Source of the DNA: Candidatus Endomicrobiellum cryptotermitis
GTDB taxonomy: Bacteria; Elusimicrobiota; Endomicrobiia; Endomicrobiales; Endomicrobiaceae
DNA: 64,000 nt
Assembly: GCA_031257835.1 (NCBI GenBank)
Contig: JAIRNY010000026.1
Coordinates: 43,025-107,024, forward strand
Direction: 5' to 3'
Shown here: one piece after another, positions 9,766-21,631 of the stretch
Layout of the letters: each line of letters opens with the position of its first letter
How positions within the stretch are numbered: position 1 is the stretch's first letter
The notes under the pieces: model-generated
Database searches by the model: none
Seen by the model: the letters and a program-made list of their open reading frames with translations, nothing else
What the model was told of the DNA's origin: nothing
Position numbers and translations under genes: made by a program

Positions 9766-9781
9766 AAATTATAAGAGAAAA

Positions 9782-10694
9782 ATGAAAACTAAAGAAATTA
9801 ATATTGCTTTTTGTTTTGATGAAAATTTTTGGACATATGCAAATGTTACTATAAATTAGCCTATTAGAAGTTTCTAAAAATCAAAGCAAATACAATATAT
9901 ATTGTCTCGTTTCTAACAAAATTAACAGCACAATATATTTTAGAATCAAATTTTAAACAATATCCTTCTTTTGCTAGTATCTAGTATAAAGTTTATTAAA
10001 ATAACAAATCAATTAGACAATATAAAATCTAGTAACAAACCTACTTAACTACAGACTTTTACTTCCACAAGTTTTACCTGACATAGAAAAAATAATCTAC
10101 ACAGATACAGATTTGATTTTTAATGTCTGATTTACAAGATTTATAGTCCATTGACCTAACAAACGATTACATAGCAGCTGTAAAAGATACTTACAAAGGT
10201 TATTGTAAAAGCTATCTTTGGCAAAAGTACGAATGTATCCTATTACCAAAAATGACATTTACATAAATGCTGGCGTGTTATTACTGAATTTAAAAAATTT
10301 AAGAGCAGACAATGTAAACAAAAGTTGGATAAATTTAGCAGAAAAAGAAAGTTTTCCTTTTCATGATCAAGATATAATTAATTTAACTTGTAAAGGGAAA
10401 ATAGTTTTCTTGCCACCAGAATATAACTTTGCTACTGACAATGCAAAAATTATTCACTTTGCAAATAATAAACCTTGGGTCCATTATCCAGGTAACTTAA
10501 AATTTGCTGAACTTTAGTGGATTTATGCTCATAAAACATCTCTTGCTTCTTTCTTTTTAATGAACTCTTGTAAATCTACTTGTTGTTCTTTTGTTAAAGT
10601 CCTACCTAAATGGCTTGGCAGATTTATATGTTGGTTTATTTTCAAAAAAGAAAATAGACATGAATTTTTTAACAAATATATAAAGATAAACTAA
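9782..10694 (+). pseudogene. Glycosyltransferase family 8 pseudogene
   Basis: MKTKEINIAFCFDENF start, IEKIIYTDTDL (DxD), YINAGVLLLNL, HDQDIIN, IIHFA..KPW; multiple stops and frameshifts. Confidence 0.85.
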
Positions 10695-10706
10695 ATTTAA
10701 CTTAAT

Positions 10707-12491
10707 TTAGTTCTGCATAAACTGAATTTTATAGAGATTTGCGTAGTAGCCATTTAAACCTAAAAGCTCTGTATGTGTCCCTGACTCTACAATATTACCT
10801 GACTCAAACACATATATTTTATCTGAATTAATAATAGTAGATAGTCTGTGAGCTACAACTATTGAAGTTCTCCCTTTCATTAACCTTTCAAGACCTTCTT
10901 GTACCATCCATTCGGACTTTGAATCAAGAGAACTTGTTGCTTCATCAAGTAAAAGTACTGGCGCATCTTTTAACATAGCTCTTGCAATGGATATCATTTG
11001 TTTTTGTCCACCAGACAAATTGCCACCGCGTTCTCCAACGACTGTGTCATACCCTTGGTCCTGATTCATAATAAAATTATGTGCAGCTGCATGTTTTGCT
11101 GCATTTATAGCTTCTTCATCAGTGGCGTTAGGATTACCCATTAATATATTTTTTTTAATTGTATCATCAAAAAGCACAACATCTTGAGAAACAAAAGCAA
11201 TATTGTCCCTTAAAGATTCTATTGTTACATCCTTAATATCTTGCCCATCTATTTTTATGTTTCCCTCTTTAACATCATAAAACCTTAATATTAAATTTAT
11301 TAAAGTAGATTTTCCAGAACCCGCAGCTCCAACCAAAGCAACTTTCTCACCTTCTTTGACTTCTAAATTTATACCATGGAGCACTTCAACATCTTCAATG
11401 TAGTTAAATTTAACATTATCCACTTTTATAATACCTTTAGTAGCTTTAAAAACTTTGGAGTCAGGCTTACTAACTATCTTAGGTTTTTTATCTATTACAG
11501 AAAAAACACGGTCAATAGCTAGTACCCCCATTTGCACGCGAGAATTTAAGTTTGCTAAAGATTTCATTGGTTGGTATGCAGCGACTATAGCAACAAGAAA
11601 CACTACAAAATTCCCTGTAGTAAGACTACCGTGTATAATTCTATACCCTCCATAAGCAAGCGTCCCAGCTGCTGCAACTCCTCCAAAAAACTCCATTAAA
11701 GGACTTAAAATATTATTATTTTTTGACATTTTTACTTCTATATTAGCTATTGACTCAGCACTACCTTTGACTTTTTTAGATTCCAATGCTTGCATATTAT
11801 AAGACTTTACAATCTTTATCCCCTGAAAAGATTGCGCTAAAATTGCATACAAATTCCCAAACGAATTTTGCTGACTATGAAAAATTTGTTTTATTTTTTT
11901 CCCAAAATATACCATCGGATAAAAACCTATAGGGAACAATATAAACATAGCTGCTGCCATATCAAAACTTTTCCAAAACATAAGTACTATTAAGAAAATA
12001 ACAGAACACGCGTCTCTAACAACTGTTGTAACGCTATTAATTATCACATCTCTTATTGTATTTAAATCGCCCATAAAATAAACTAATAAGTTGCCCGAAT
12101 TATTTTTATGAAAAAATTCTAAATCTTGAGCAATAACCCTATCATACAAATCACCTTGCAATCTTTTTGTAAAGTTTGCCCCAAGTATGGTCATTGTAAC
12201 AGACTGAAAATACTGAGCAACCCCTTTTGCTCCAAACGCTATTATGACTTCAACTGCAATTGTAAACAAAACATCTCTATTTTGTTCTATAAAAACTTTA
12301 TCAAAAACAGGTTTAAGTAAACTCACAGACCAAGCATTTAATATAGAATATATACACATAAAAATCATTGATAAAGCTAAAAGCTTCCATTGTGGTAAAA
12401 CGTACTCTACCCATAAACGTTTCATTTTTTTTATTGAGTCAGGGCTCATATTACCTATAATTTTTTGTTTTAATTTAGAAAAAATATTCAT
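10707..12491 (-). CDS. msbA: ABC exporter, fused TMD-NBD, MsbA-like
   Basis: Multi-TM N-terminus; GAAGSGKST, LSGGQKQ, LLLDEATS, VAHRLST. Confidence 0.7.
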   Translation of the reverse strand: MNIFSKLKQKIIGNMSPDSIKKMKRLWVEYVLPQWKLLALSMIFMCIYSILNAWSVSLLKPVFDKVFIEQNRDVLFTIAVEVIIAFGAKGVAQYFQSVTMTILGANFTKRLQGDLYDRVIAQDLEFFHKNNSGNLLVYFMGDLNTIRDVIINSVTTVVRDACSVIFLIVLMFWKSFDMAAAMFILFPIGFYPMVYFGKKIKQIFHSQQNSFGNLYAILAQSFQGIKIVKSYNMQALESKKVKGSAESIANIEVKMSKNNNILSPLMEFFGGVAAAGTLAYGGYRIIHGSLTTGNFVVFLVAIVAAYQPMKSLANLNSRVQMGVLAIDRVFSVIDKKPKIVSKPDSKVFKATKGIIKVDNVKFNYIEDVEVLHGINLEVKEGEKVALVGAAGSGKSTLINLILRFYDVKEGNIKIDGQDIKDVTIESLRDNIAFVSQDVVLFDDTIKKNILMGNPNATDEEAINAAKHAAAHNFIMNQDQGYDTVVGERGGNLSGGQKQMISIARAMLKDAPVLLLDEATSSLDSKSEWMVQEGLERLMKGRTSIVVAHRLSTIINSDKIYVFESGNIVESGTHTELLGLNGYYANLYKIQFMQN

Positions 12492-12494
12492 AAT

Positions 12495-14375
12495 TTAATT
12501 ATCCTTAACTTTATTATCATTTATATTACTTTCTTGTAGTTCATTTATAAGACGCGTAAAATGTCCTGACTCTTGTTCTAACTTTTTAGTATTTATATCA
12601 AGTTCTATGTATAAGTTTTCTATTTTACTTTTTAAAATTTTGTTAAGTTTAGAACTTTCCGACACTAAAACAACATTTCCTTCTGTAGAAGCAACAAGGA
12701 GTTGTTCTGTATTTAAACTTAATTCCTTTTCTAAATCAAATATATCTTTTTCAATTGTTTTAACTTTTTCTTCTAAAGGTTTTAAAACTTTAGATCTATC
12801 TTGTATTAGTTTAGCTTTAACTTTTTTTATCTCATTTTTGTCTTTTTTTAAAACTATTTGTGTATTAGTTTTCTTTGCTAATACACCACCTTCATCTTCC
12901 CAACCTTTTGTATCAAGAAAATTCTGATATGTACCATCAAAAACTAAAATTTCGTTTCTATTAAAAATTATAAGCTTTGTAGCAACTCTATGTAAGATTT
13001 CTTCATTGTGAGTAACCATAATAACAGAACCTGAAAACTCATTAATTGCATCTATTAAACTCTCACAAGACTCAATGTCTAGATGATTTGTAGGTTCATC
13101 AAGAAGTAACAAATGGCATGGATTTGCTAAAATTTTACCTAAAAGAACTCTACTTTTTTCACCACCACTTAAAACTTCTATTTTCTTTAAAGCATCGTCA
13201 CCTCTAAACATTACAGAACCAGCAATATTTCTTGCTTTTTGAGGCAAGAAATCTGAATTTGATCCAACTATCTCGTCATAAACAGTTTTCGTAGGATTTA
13301 AATTTGCACTATCAGATTGTACAAAATAAGCTGTTTTTAAGTCAGGATGTTTCTTTATGCTACCATCTGAAGGCATCAATCTTTCTGCAAGCAATTTTAA
13401 TAAAGTAGATTTCCCTTTACCATTTTTACCAATTACACATACACGTTCTCTTTTTAAAACATCAAAATTTAACTTTTGTATTAAATTACAATCTTTTGCA
13501 TAACCAAAAGACAAATTATAAACACTTAACATTTTAGATGCATGAAAATCCAATCCTGAAAAAGAAAAGTCAAGGTTGTTTATTTTTGATAGTTCATCGA
13601 AGTTTTCTTGTTTCTCTAAAGATTTAATACGCGATTGAACCATACCTGCAAGTCTAGCTTTTGCTCTAAAACGCCTTATAAATAACTCCATTTTCTTTTT
13701 TCTTTTCTCAATATTTAATCTTGTTTTTTCATATATTTCTTCTTCTTTTGCTATCTGTTCATAGAGTTTACAAGTAGTGCCTTCAATTTTCCTTGCTTTT
13801 GTTCTATGTATTGCTGCACAATGAGTAACAACACTGTCCATAAAATTTCTATCGTGAGTTATAAGCATTAACTCACCTTTCCAAGAACGCAAAAATCCAG
13901 TTAACCATCTTATAGCAACAATATCCAAATAGTTACTAGGTTCATCTAACATAAGCATGTCAGAATCTGACAATAAAACTTTTGCTAAATTGATACGTAT
14001 TTTATACCCACCAGAAAAATCTAAAGGATTTTTATACATATCATTTTTAGAAAAACCTAGTCCAAAAAAAATTTTTTCCGCTTTCCACTGTTCATCTTTT
14101 TGACTTTGAGGTAAAGCCATACAAACTTCTTCTAAAACATTTGAACAAACAAAATTTATGTGCTGTTCTAAATAGCCTAACTTATAATTTTTAGGCATAC
14201 TTATGGACCCACTATCGTAGTCCATTTTGTTTAAAATCATTTTAAATAAAGATGTTTTGCCGTGTCCATTTCTTCCAACAAGCCCAATTTTCTCTTTTGC
14301 ATTTATGTTTAAATTTAAATCATCAAATAATATTCTACTGCCAAAAGATTTATTTAATCCAGCAATTTTAATCAT
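12495..14375 (-). CDS. ABC-F family ATPase
   Basis: Two NBDs ([16 protein letters not shown]; [15 protein letters not shown]), no TMs, C-terminal coiled coil. Confidence 0.9.
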   Translation of the reverse strand: MIKIAGLNKSFGSRILFDDLNLNINAKEKIGLVGRNGHGKTSLFKMILNKMDYDSGSISMPKNYKLGYLEQHINFVCSNVLEEVCMALPQSQKDEQWKAEKIFFGLGFSKNDMYKNPLDFSGGYKIRINLAKVLLSDSDMLMLDEPSNYLDIVAIRWLTGFLRSWKGELMLITHDRNFMDSVVTHCAAIHRTKARKIEGTTCKLYEQIAKEEEIYEKTRLNIEKRKKKMELFIRRFRAKARLAGMVQSRIKSLEKQENFDELSKINNLDFSFSGLDFHASKMLSVYNLSFGYAKDCNLIQKLNFDVLKRERVCVIGKNGKGKSTLLKLLAERLMPSDGSIKKHPDLKTAYFVQSDSANLNPTKTVYDEIVGSNSDFLPQKARNIAGSVMFRGDDALKKIEVLSGGEKSRVLLGKILANPCHLLLLDEPTNHLDIESCESLIDAINEFSGSVIMVTHNEEILHRVATKLIIFNRNEILVFDGTYQNFLDTKGWEDEGGVLAKKTNTQIVLKKDKNEIKKVKAKLIQDRSKVLKPLEEKVKTIEKDIFDLEKELSLNTEQLLVASTEGNVVLVSESSKLNKILKSKIENLYIELDINTKKLEQESGHFTRLINELQESNINDNKVKDN

Positions 14376-14380
14376 ACTTT

Positions 14381-15781
14381 TTACTCATCTACTACATTCA
14401 TTTCTATAACACGCATTTTTTCCCACTTAGAAGACTTGTATCTATAATAAAAACTAAAACATAATGCTGCAACATAAAAGAGATAGAATCCCCATACTAC
14501 AAACACAGTTTGTTTAAAAACTACAACGTTAAGATACGCAGGGATTACTTCTAAAAATAAAGAAAACAAAACAAACATTTTCATAACATAAAATGTGTCC
14601 CCTGCCCCTCTAATAACAGATGAAAAAATTATACTTCCTGTATCAAACACAAAAAACATTGATAAAATTATCAATAAACTTTTTACAATAGGTTTTAGAG
14701 GCTCTATAAAATCTGTTTGTGCACCATAAGAAAATGGATAGATAAAAGCATCCGGGAACAAACTCATTGCAAGAACAAGTAAACTTACATATAGATACGA
14801 TAAATGCAATGATGACTTAACACTTACTTTGGCAGATGACACTTTATTTTCACCTAAATATTTGCCGACCATCACAGAAGTAGCCATCCCAGCACCTAAA
14901 ACAGGCATATAAGCTATATTGTATATTGAAGCTATAATATTACTAGCAGCAAGATTTGAAACGCCTAAATTACCTACTATAATAATAAAAATACTAAAAC
15001 CACCGCCATCAAAAAATAACTCTATACCATTAGGTATACCATAATGAAGTAATCTCTTCATAAACTTGAAATCTATTTTCATATGTCTAGTATCATAATC
15101 AATATTGTTTTTTCTTGTCGTAAACAATATTATGTATATGACGCAAATAACAACGTAAGATATATTTGTAGCCCAACCTGCACCTGCTATACCCATTTCA
15201 GGGAAACCAAAATTGCCAAAAATTAGCAAATAATCAAAAACAACATTTACGATTAATCCTAAAATAGATATCATCAAAACTATTATAGTTTTACCACGAC
15301 CAGAATAAAAAGAAGAAAACACTGCTTCTGAAATAGCTAAAAACTCACCATAAGCCAATACTTTAAAATATTTTATTTCTTCTAATGCAATAACTTCAGA
15401 ATGTCCTACATTCATAAATAAAGGTTCTGATAAAAAAGAAATACAAAAAACTAAAAAAGCAGCTATAAATGTTAGATAAATGCTTTGCCAAATTGCTGGA
15501 CCTATTGACCGATATTCTTTTTTACCATAATACTGCGCTACAAAAATATTTACATATGAAAGTGTTCCAAAAAAAAATGCTCCTGTCGACCAGTAAAGAT
15601 TACCCGCAGGAGCAGAAGCTGCAAAAGCCTCTTGAGAATACCAAGAAAGAAAAGCTCTATCAGTAAAAATTTCAACAGCTCCTAAACCTGTAGAAAGTAC
15701 AAGAGGTACTGCAATACACAAAAACTCTCTATACCCTCCAGCACATTTATATCTTTCCTTAACAACATTAAAAATGTCCAT
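14381..15781 (-). CDS. MATE family efflux transporter
   Basis: Many TMs; [13 protein letters not shown] and IRGAGDT motifs. Confidence 0.88.
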   Translation of the reverse strand: MDIFNVVKERYKCAGGYREFLCIAVPLVLSTGLGAVEIFTDRAFLSWYSQEAFAASAPAGNLYWSTGAFFFGTLSYVNIFVAQYYGKKEYRSIGPAIWQSIYLTFIAAFLVFCISFLSEPLFMNVGHSEVIALEEIKYFKVLAYGEFLAISEAVFSSFYSGRGKTIIVLMISILGLIVNVVFDYLLIFGNFGFPEMGIAGAGWATNISYVVICVIYIILFTTRKNNIDYDTRHMKIDFKFMKRLLHYGIPNGIELFFDGGGFSIFIIIVGNLGVSNLAASNIIASIYNIAYMPVLGAGMATSVMVGKYLGENKVSSAKVSVKSSLHLSYLYVSLLVLAMSLFPDAFIYPFSYGAQTDFIEPLKPIVKSLLIILSMFFVFDTGSIIFSSVIRGAGDTFYVMKMFVLFSLFLEVIPAYLNVVVFKQTVFVVWGFYLFYVAALCFSFYYRYKSSKWEKMRVIEMNVVDE

Positions 15782-15872
15782 TTTAGGTCAACACTCTTTT
15801 GATTTTGTTTGATTTTTGTTGTATATTATCCGCAAAGTCTTATTATACACAAAATATAGGGAGAAATCCACT

Positions 15873-16424
15873 ATGAAAGGAAACACTTTAGTAATTTTAG
15901 TAGCAATTATAGCTGCAATAATTTCAGCTATGTATGTTTCCAACAAACTTCAAGCTAACAAAAGTAAAGTTTTTGAACAAACTTTTGCAAATACAAAAAC
16001 ATCAGTTGTTGCTCCTAAACTAAGTAGAAACGCTGATAATGAAAGCTTAGCAAAAAAAGAACTAAAAGATCCTAATGCACAGGTGTACTTTTATACTGGA
16101 AAAGCTAGAGGAATAGAATATTCCATTGTGTATGTAAAGTATCCTGCTCAAGTAAACTTCGATGGCGCTATAGCAGCAATCGCTAAAGTGTTTAAAAATT
16201 ATGACTTTCAATATACAACAGTGAACAATAAAGTAAACGATTTAGAAGGTGTGCTATTAACAGGCAATTACCAAAAAAATGAAAAAGTATACGGAATTAA
16301 AGAGCAACTTATAAAAGATAACAACATTTTTTGGCAATTTTATGTTATTTACCCTAAAGAGCAGCATGATAACGATACTCTAGCACAAAATTATATAGAC
16401 TCTATAAAAATAATTAAAGAGTAA
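15873..16424 (+). CDS. Hypothetical membrane-anchored protein
   Basis: RBS AGGGAG before ATG 15873; N-terminal hydrophobic anchor. Confidence 0.7.
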   Translation: MKGNTLVILVAIIAAIISAMYVSNKLQANKSKVFEQTFANTKTSVVAPKLSRNADNESLAKKELKDPNAQVYFYTGKARGIEYSIVYVKYPAQVNFDGAIAAIAKVFKNYDFQYTTVNNKVNDLEGVLLTGNYQKNEKVYGIKEQLIKDNNIFWQFYVIYPKEQHDNDTLAQNYIDSIKIIKE

Positions 16425-16439
16425 TATTAAAATTACTAA

Positions 16440-18542
16440 ATGTTAAATATAGACAGTCCCATACAACATTTAAAAGGTGTTGCCTCAAAGAAGGCTAAAT
16501 CCTTTAGCAAGTTAGGCGTTAATACTATATTTGATCTCCTTTCTTTTTTCCCAGTCTCTTATCAAGATAGAACAATAATTGCTTCAATGGAAGATTTAAT
16601 TTATAGTAATACTCAGGGATGTATGTTTGTAAAAATAGGAAGTTCATATGAAAAAAGATTTTCTACAAATTTAAGTGTTCTAGACATAGAAATATTTGAT
16701 AGCAAACTTTGCGGATACCTTAGATTTTTTCGCAATAAAAACTCGCTATTTAAAGTTGACATTGTCTCTTATCTTAAAAGAATATTTGTTCAAGGTTCTT
16801 TCGCATACATTTACGGAGAAGTTAAAAAAAATTATGGTAATGTTATAATAACTGCAACTGATTATGAAGTTGTAAAAGATGAATCTACTACACCGCTACA
16901 TTTTCAAAAGATAGTACCAGTATATGCTGCTACAAAAGGACTAAAACAAAAATTTCTAAGAGAATTTATTAAAACTACATTGAATTCTCATAGCGACCTA
17001 TACCCAGACTTATCCGACTTGATACCAGACTGTTACAGTAACCATAAAATTAAAATCTCTGAAGCTATAAAAAAAATACATTTTCCACAATCAATGCAAG
17101 AAGCAGAATTTGCAAGACAGGCTTTTGCTTTACAAGAATTTTTAGTTTTACAAACATCTCTTTTTATTTCAAGAAACAATCTCTTAAAAGACAAAGTTCA
17201 AAAATATAGCCTTAAAAAAACTTTATTATTCCCATTTAAAAACAATTTAAATTTTGAATTTACAAAAGATCAAAAAAAAGCTATAAACGATATTTTTTCC
17301 GATATGCAAAGCACAAAAACTATGAACAGAATGCTTATGGGAGATGTCGGTTCAGGCAAAACTATAGTTGCATTAAGTGCCATCTTACTAGCTATAGAAA
17401 ACGGATATCAAACAATGGTCATTGCCCCTACAGAAATACTAGCAGAACAGCATTACCTTACAATTGCTAACATAATAAAAGATTTAGGTATTACAGTAGG
17501 TTTAGCAACATCTTCCTCATTAAACAAACAAGCAGATAGAGAATATTTTTTAGAAGGACTTAAAAATGGACAAATACAAATTGCTGTCGGTACACATTCT
17601 TTAATAGAAGATACAATAAAATTTAAAAGTTTGTCTTTAATAGTTGTTGATGAACAACATCGTTTTGGAGTTATACAAAAACTTGCTGCCTTATACAAAG
17701 CGAAATCTCCTGACGTTTTAATGATGACTGCCACGCCAATACCAAGAGCACTAGCTATGACAATTTATGGAGAAATAGATATAACAACAATTAAACAGTT
17801 GCCTAAGGGAAGAATGCCTATAAAAACTTTTTTAACTGATGAAATCGAAGCATACTCTAATATAATTAAAGAACTAAAAAAAGGTAATCAAGCATATATA
17901 GTGTACCCTCTAATAGAAGAGTCAGATAAACTTATTTTAAAATCTGCAATACAAGATTTTGAAAAATTATCTAAAGGATATTTTAAAGATTTCAATGTTG
18001 GTCTTTTGCACGGAAAAATGAAACCTAAAGAAAAAAATTTAGTAATGCAAAAGTTTAAAAATAAAGAGTTTGATGTTTTAGTCTCAACCACTGTTATAGA
18101 GGTTGGCATAGACGTCCCAGACTCTACTGTTATAGTAATCCAACACGCTGAAAGGTTTGGGCTATCTGCACTACACCAATTACGAGGACGAGTTGGAAGA
18201 AGTACAAAACAGTCGTATGCATATTTAATAAGCTCTTCAACTAGCGAAAACGCTAACAAAAGACTCTCCATCATGACATCCACAAATGATGGATTTCAAG
18301 TTGCTCAAGAAGATTTAAAAATGAGAGGGCCAGGCGAATTAATGGGGATAACACAGCACGGTTTTCCAACATTTAAAGCAGGAAATTTAGCAACAGATAT
18401 TGATATAATTGAAATTAGTAAAGATATTACCAAACATATTTTAAAAGAAGATCCTTATCTTCTAAAACAAGAAAACTTGCCACTTAAAAATCTTATCAAC
18501 AAACATTTTTCTAGTAAAACAAAATTTATTAATGTCGGTTAG
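16440..18542 (+). CDS. recG: ATP-dependent DNA helicase RecG
   Basis: GDVGSGKT, APTEILAEQH, DEQHRFG, MTATPIPR, LHQLRGRVGR, DLKMRGPGE. Confidence 0.97.
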   Translation: MLNIDSPIQHLKGVASKKAKSFSKLGVNTIFDLLSFFPVSYQDRTIIASMEDLIYSNTQGCMFVKIGSSYEKRFSTNLSVLDIEIFDSKLCGYLRFFRNKNSLFKVDIVSYLKRIFVQGSFAYIYGEVKKNYGNVIITATDYEVVKDESTTPLHFQKIVPVYAATKGLKQKFLREFIKTTLNSHSDLYPDLSDLIPDCYSNHKIKISEAIKKIHFPQSMQEAEFARQAFALQEFLVLQTSLFISRNNLLKDKVQKYSLKKTLLFPFKNNLNFEFTKDQKKAINDIFSDMQSTKTMNRMLMGDVGSGKTIVALSAILLAIENGYQTMVIAPTEILAEQHYLTIANIIKDLGITVGLATSSSLNKQADREYFLEGLKNGQIQIAVGTHSLIEDTIKFKSLSLIVVDEQHRFGVIQKLAALYKAKSPDVLMMTATPIPRALAMTIYGEIDITTIKQLPKGRMPIKTFLTDEIEAYSNIIKELKKGNQAYIVYPLIEESDKLILKSAIQDFEKLSKGYFKDFNVGLLHGKMKPKEKNLVMQKFKNKEFDVLVSTTVIEVGIDVPDSTVIVIQHAERFGLSALHQLRGRVGRSTKQSYAYLISSSTSENANKRLSIMTSTNDGFQVAQEDLKMRGPGELMGITQHGFPTFKAGNLATDIDIIEISKDITKHILKEDPYLLKQENLPLKNLINKHFSSKTKFINVG

Positions 18543-18559
18543 TAGGTTTCCTTCTGAAA

Positions 18560-18881
18560 TTATTTTTTACTGCGTGATTTGATTTTAGTCTTTTTAAAAT
18601 TAACCTTGTCAGAAGTAAACCCTTGCGCAATTTTACGCGCTTCTTTGTGGGTAATAAGCCCCATTTTTTTCTATAATACTTTTAACAGTTTCTGTTACTT
18701 TTTTTGCTAACTCTTTTTTAGTTTGTTCAGCATGCTTGATTGCATTATCAACAAATTTTTTGCTTTCTTTTTTTTCTATCTTATTTTCTTTTACAAACTT
18801 TTTAGCGACTTTTTCAACCTTTTCTTTACCTTTTAATGCAAGCCCTACACTGACATAAAACACTGACTTCAAGTTTGCCAT
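18560..18881 (-). pseudogene. Phasin/granule-associated-like small protein, frameshifted
   Basis: MANLKSVFYVSVGLALKGKEKVE.. resembles the phasin pattern; an extra base in the T7 run at 18664-18670 breaks the expected IEKMGLITHKE continuation. Confidence 0.5.
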
Positions 18882-18952
18882 TTTTACAATCCTCCCTTGA
18901 AAAAATACCGTCAAATGTAAGTTAAATTATATACACAAAATACTTTTTAAAA

Positions 18953-19450
18953 TTATTTTGTAATAATTTTTTCTGTCACTTTAGCACTAGTTTTCTTATC
19001 CGTACCAGTAAGAATTATATATTCTACTCTAGGTATAAAACTATCATTTGCAAAAACATATACTGTTGAAAGATAAGCATTTTTTTTATTAATTATAATT
19101 TCTGCTTTGTATTTCCCACTAACACTTACAATTTTTATTGGCCTATCTGAAACTGCTTTTAAAGCTAAATCATAATAACCAGCATCATTATAATCAATCT
19201 TATATCCATAAACTTTTTTTTCAAAAGCAGAAATTTCGTCACGTTGCCCTTGTTCAGCATTCATAATCCAATAAGCATCCATTGGGTTTTCTTTATCTAT
19301 AGAACCATCTGGCAAAACTCTTACGTCATACATCACAACATTAGCATTTTTATTTCTTTCTATTCTAAAAAGATTCATATTTGCGTTTTGTGCAAATGAA
19401 AGTATGTCAAAAAACAACAAAATTAAAAACGCAGTAAACGCTTTTTTCAT
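18953..19450 (-). CDS. DUF4833-like secreted protein
   Basis: Signal peptide; LFRIERNKNANVVMYD..P...YWI..E...YG pattern. Confidence 0.7.
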   Translation of the reverse strand: MKKAFTAFLILLFFDILSFAQNANMNLFRIERNKNANVVMYDVRVLPDGSIDKENPMDAYWIMNAEQGQRDEISAFEKKVYGYKIDYNDAGYYDLALKAVSDRPIKIVSVSGKYKAEIIINKKNAYLSTVYVFANDSFIPRVEYIILTGTDKKTSAKVTEKIITK

Positions 19451-19557
19451 TTTCTATATCCCTTTTTATATTTTTTTCATATTATACAAAATTATCTTTC
19501 ATGTTATTGACCCTCAAACTAGTATTATACCTATTTGTTATATTAACTTTCAAAATG

Positions 19558-19677
19558 GTATCTTATCGGAGTTACTTTAAAGAGCGGCTTATGAACAATA
19601 AACATTTATTATTGCAAAAAATGTTTATTCGCGATTACTCTAGTAACGTAGATGTAGATTAAGATAGTATACTAGCC
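19558..19677 (+). mobile_element. Palindromic repeat family 2, left-truncated copy
   Basis: GTATCTTATCGGAGTTACTTTAAAGAGC...CTCTAGTAAC...TAAGATAGTATACTAG matches 31437-31593. Confidence 0.75.
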
Positions 19678-19763
19678 AACATTTCTAGATTAACAGTTGC
19701 AGTTTTAAATTTTAAAAATGTATAATAGCTACAATTAAACTTTTGCCTTATTGGGGGATAAAA

Positions 19764-20807
19764 ATGGACAATTTACTTGAAAGTCTACTGTTATCAGATG
19801 GAGTTTCTGGATACGAGGAGAACATCGCAAAAATTATTACAAATCATCTTTCTAAAGTATGCAATAGCGTCACAACAGATAGCTTTGGGAATGTTATTGG
19901 CAAATTCGGTAATGGCAATAAAAAAATAATGATTGCTGCTCACATGGATGAAATAGGTATGGTTGTAAAACATGTTAGCGAAAAAGGATATATATATTTT
20001 ATAAAAGTAGGCGGATTTAATGATTCTATATTGCCTGGCAAAATTGTAAAAATCATAAATAAAGAAGGTAAGCAAATAACAGGTGTTATAGGCACAAAAC
20101 CTCCACACCTTATGACTTATGAAGAAGTAAACCAACCAATAAAACACACTAATATGTTTATAGATATAGGGTTATCTTCTCAAAAGGCAGTTTTAGAAAC
20201 AATAGAAATAGGTGATCAAATAATTTTTGAACCTAACGCTGGTATTTTAAATGGTGATTTTTATTATGGGAAAGCTGCAGATAATAGAATAAGCTGTTAT
20301 GCTATGATAAAAGTCATGGAAAAGATTTCAAAAATAAATGGATTTAATGCTCAAGTTTTTGCTTGTGCTACTGCTCAAGAGGAAGTTGGCTTAAAGGGTG
20401 CAAAAACATCTTCTTTTTCAATAAACCCTGACTTTGCCCTTATTATAGATATTGCAGCAGCAGGTGACACGCCAGGCATTGAAGAAAAAGTTTCCTCTTT
20501 AAAATTAGGAGAAGGTGTTGCAATAACTATTATAGAGGCATCCGGAAGAGGAACAATTGTATCTCAAAAAGCAAGACAACTTATCATTGAAACTGCAATT
20601 GACAATAAAATACAATATCAAATAGATGTAATAGAGGGGGGTATGACAGATGGTGCCATAATATATACAAATAGAGAAGGTATCTTAACTGGAATTTTAA
20701 GTATTCCTTCAAGATATATTCATGCTCCAACCTCTGTGTTTAATATTAAAGACATAAATTCTGCAGTTGATTTAGCTGTAAAGACAATAGAAAAAGTGGC
20801 TAAATAA
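19764..20807 (+). CDS. M42 family aminopeptidase
   Basis: GVSGYE, AAHMDEIG, GKAADNR, QEEVGLKGA, RYIHAP. Confidence 0.92.
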   Translation: MDNLLESLLLSDGVSGYEENIAKIITNHLSKVCNSVTTDSFGNVIGKFGNGNKKIMIAAHMDEIGMVVKHVSEKGYIYFIKVGGFNDSILPGKIVKIINKEGKQITGVIGTKPPHLMTYEEVNQPIKHTNMFIDIGLSSQKAVLETIEIGDQIIFEPNAGILNGDFYYGKAADNRISCYAMIKVMEKISKINGFNAQVFACATAQEEVGLKGAKTSSFSINPDFALIIDIAAAGDTPGIEEKVSSLKLGEGVAITIIEASGRGTIVSQKARQLIIETAIDNKIQYQIDVIEGGMTDGAIIYTNREGILTGILSIPSRYIHAPTSVFNIKDINSAVDLAVKTIEKVAK

Positions 20808-20809
20808 TT

Positions 20810-21631
20810 TTGAGTTTAAACTTTTCTATTATTGCAAGCGGTTCAAGCGGGAACTGCTCTATACTATGGAACGAAAAAATTGCAATTTTAATTGATTGTG
20901 GTTGCAGTGCTAAATACTTGTCTAAACAACTTATAAAATTAAATATTAATATAAAGAATTTATGCTCTGTTATAACGCATGCTCATATAGACCATATAAG
21001 TGTTTCGGGTATTAATTTTTTAAAAAGAAACCAAATTCCAGTATATGTCACTAAAGATATTTTTGAAGATATCTTAAAAAGATACGAACAAAAAATTAAA
21101 AGTTGTTTATATATAGAGTACGACAACAGTTTTAAAATCGGCAATATTGAAGTTAAGTCTTTTGACGTATATCACAAAGATAACAATATTTCTCAAACTT
21201 GTGGATTTACTTTTGTTAGTAAAGTAAAAAGAAGAAATTATAAAATAGGTTATATTACAGATAGTGGCAAAATATGTGATAACATTAAAAATTTTTTAGT
21301 CAATAGCAATATACTAGTAATAGAATCAAACTATAATAAGCAAATGTTGGAAACTAGTTCTAGACCATACGAAAACAAGCAGTGGATATTAAGCGACTTT
21401 GGACATTTGTCAAACGAAGATGCAGCAAAAGCTATTAGCGAAATAAAAAAACTTTCAACTGTTAAAGACAGTCTAAAATATGTTTTCCTAGCTCATATAA
21501 GTAGCCATCACAATACTTATGAGTTTGCAAAACAAGCTGTAAATAAAACACTTTTAAATAATAATATTACAGAAATGACTCTTCTAATTGCTAAAAGGAA
21601 ATCTAAATCTCCTACTATACGTATTGGCTAA
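20810..21631 (+). CDS. MBL-fold metallo-hydrolase (YycJ/WalJ-like)
   Basis: ASGSSGNC, THAHIDH, ESNY, GHLSN, AHISSHHN. Confidence 0.88.
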   Translation: MSLNFSIIASGSSGNCSILWNEKIAILIDCGCSAKYLSKQLIKLNINIKNLCSVITHAHIDHISVSGINFLKRNQIPVYVTKDIFEDILKRYEQKIKSCLYIEYDNSFKIGNIEVKSFDVYHKDNNISQTCGFTFVSKVKRRNYKIGYITDSGKICDNIKNFLVNSNILVIESNYNKQMLETSSRPYENKQWILSDFGHLSNEDAAKAISEIKKLSTVKDSLKYVFLAHISSHHNTYEFAKQAVNKTLLNNNITEMTLLIAKRKSKSPTIRIG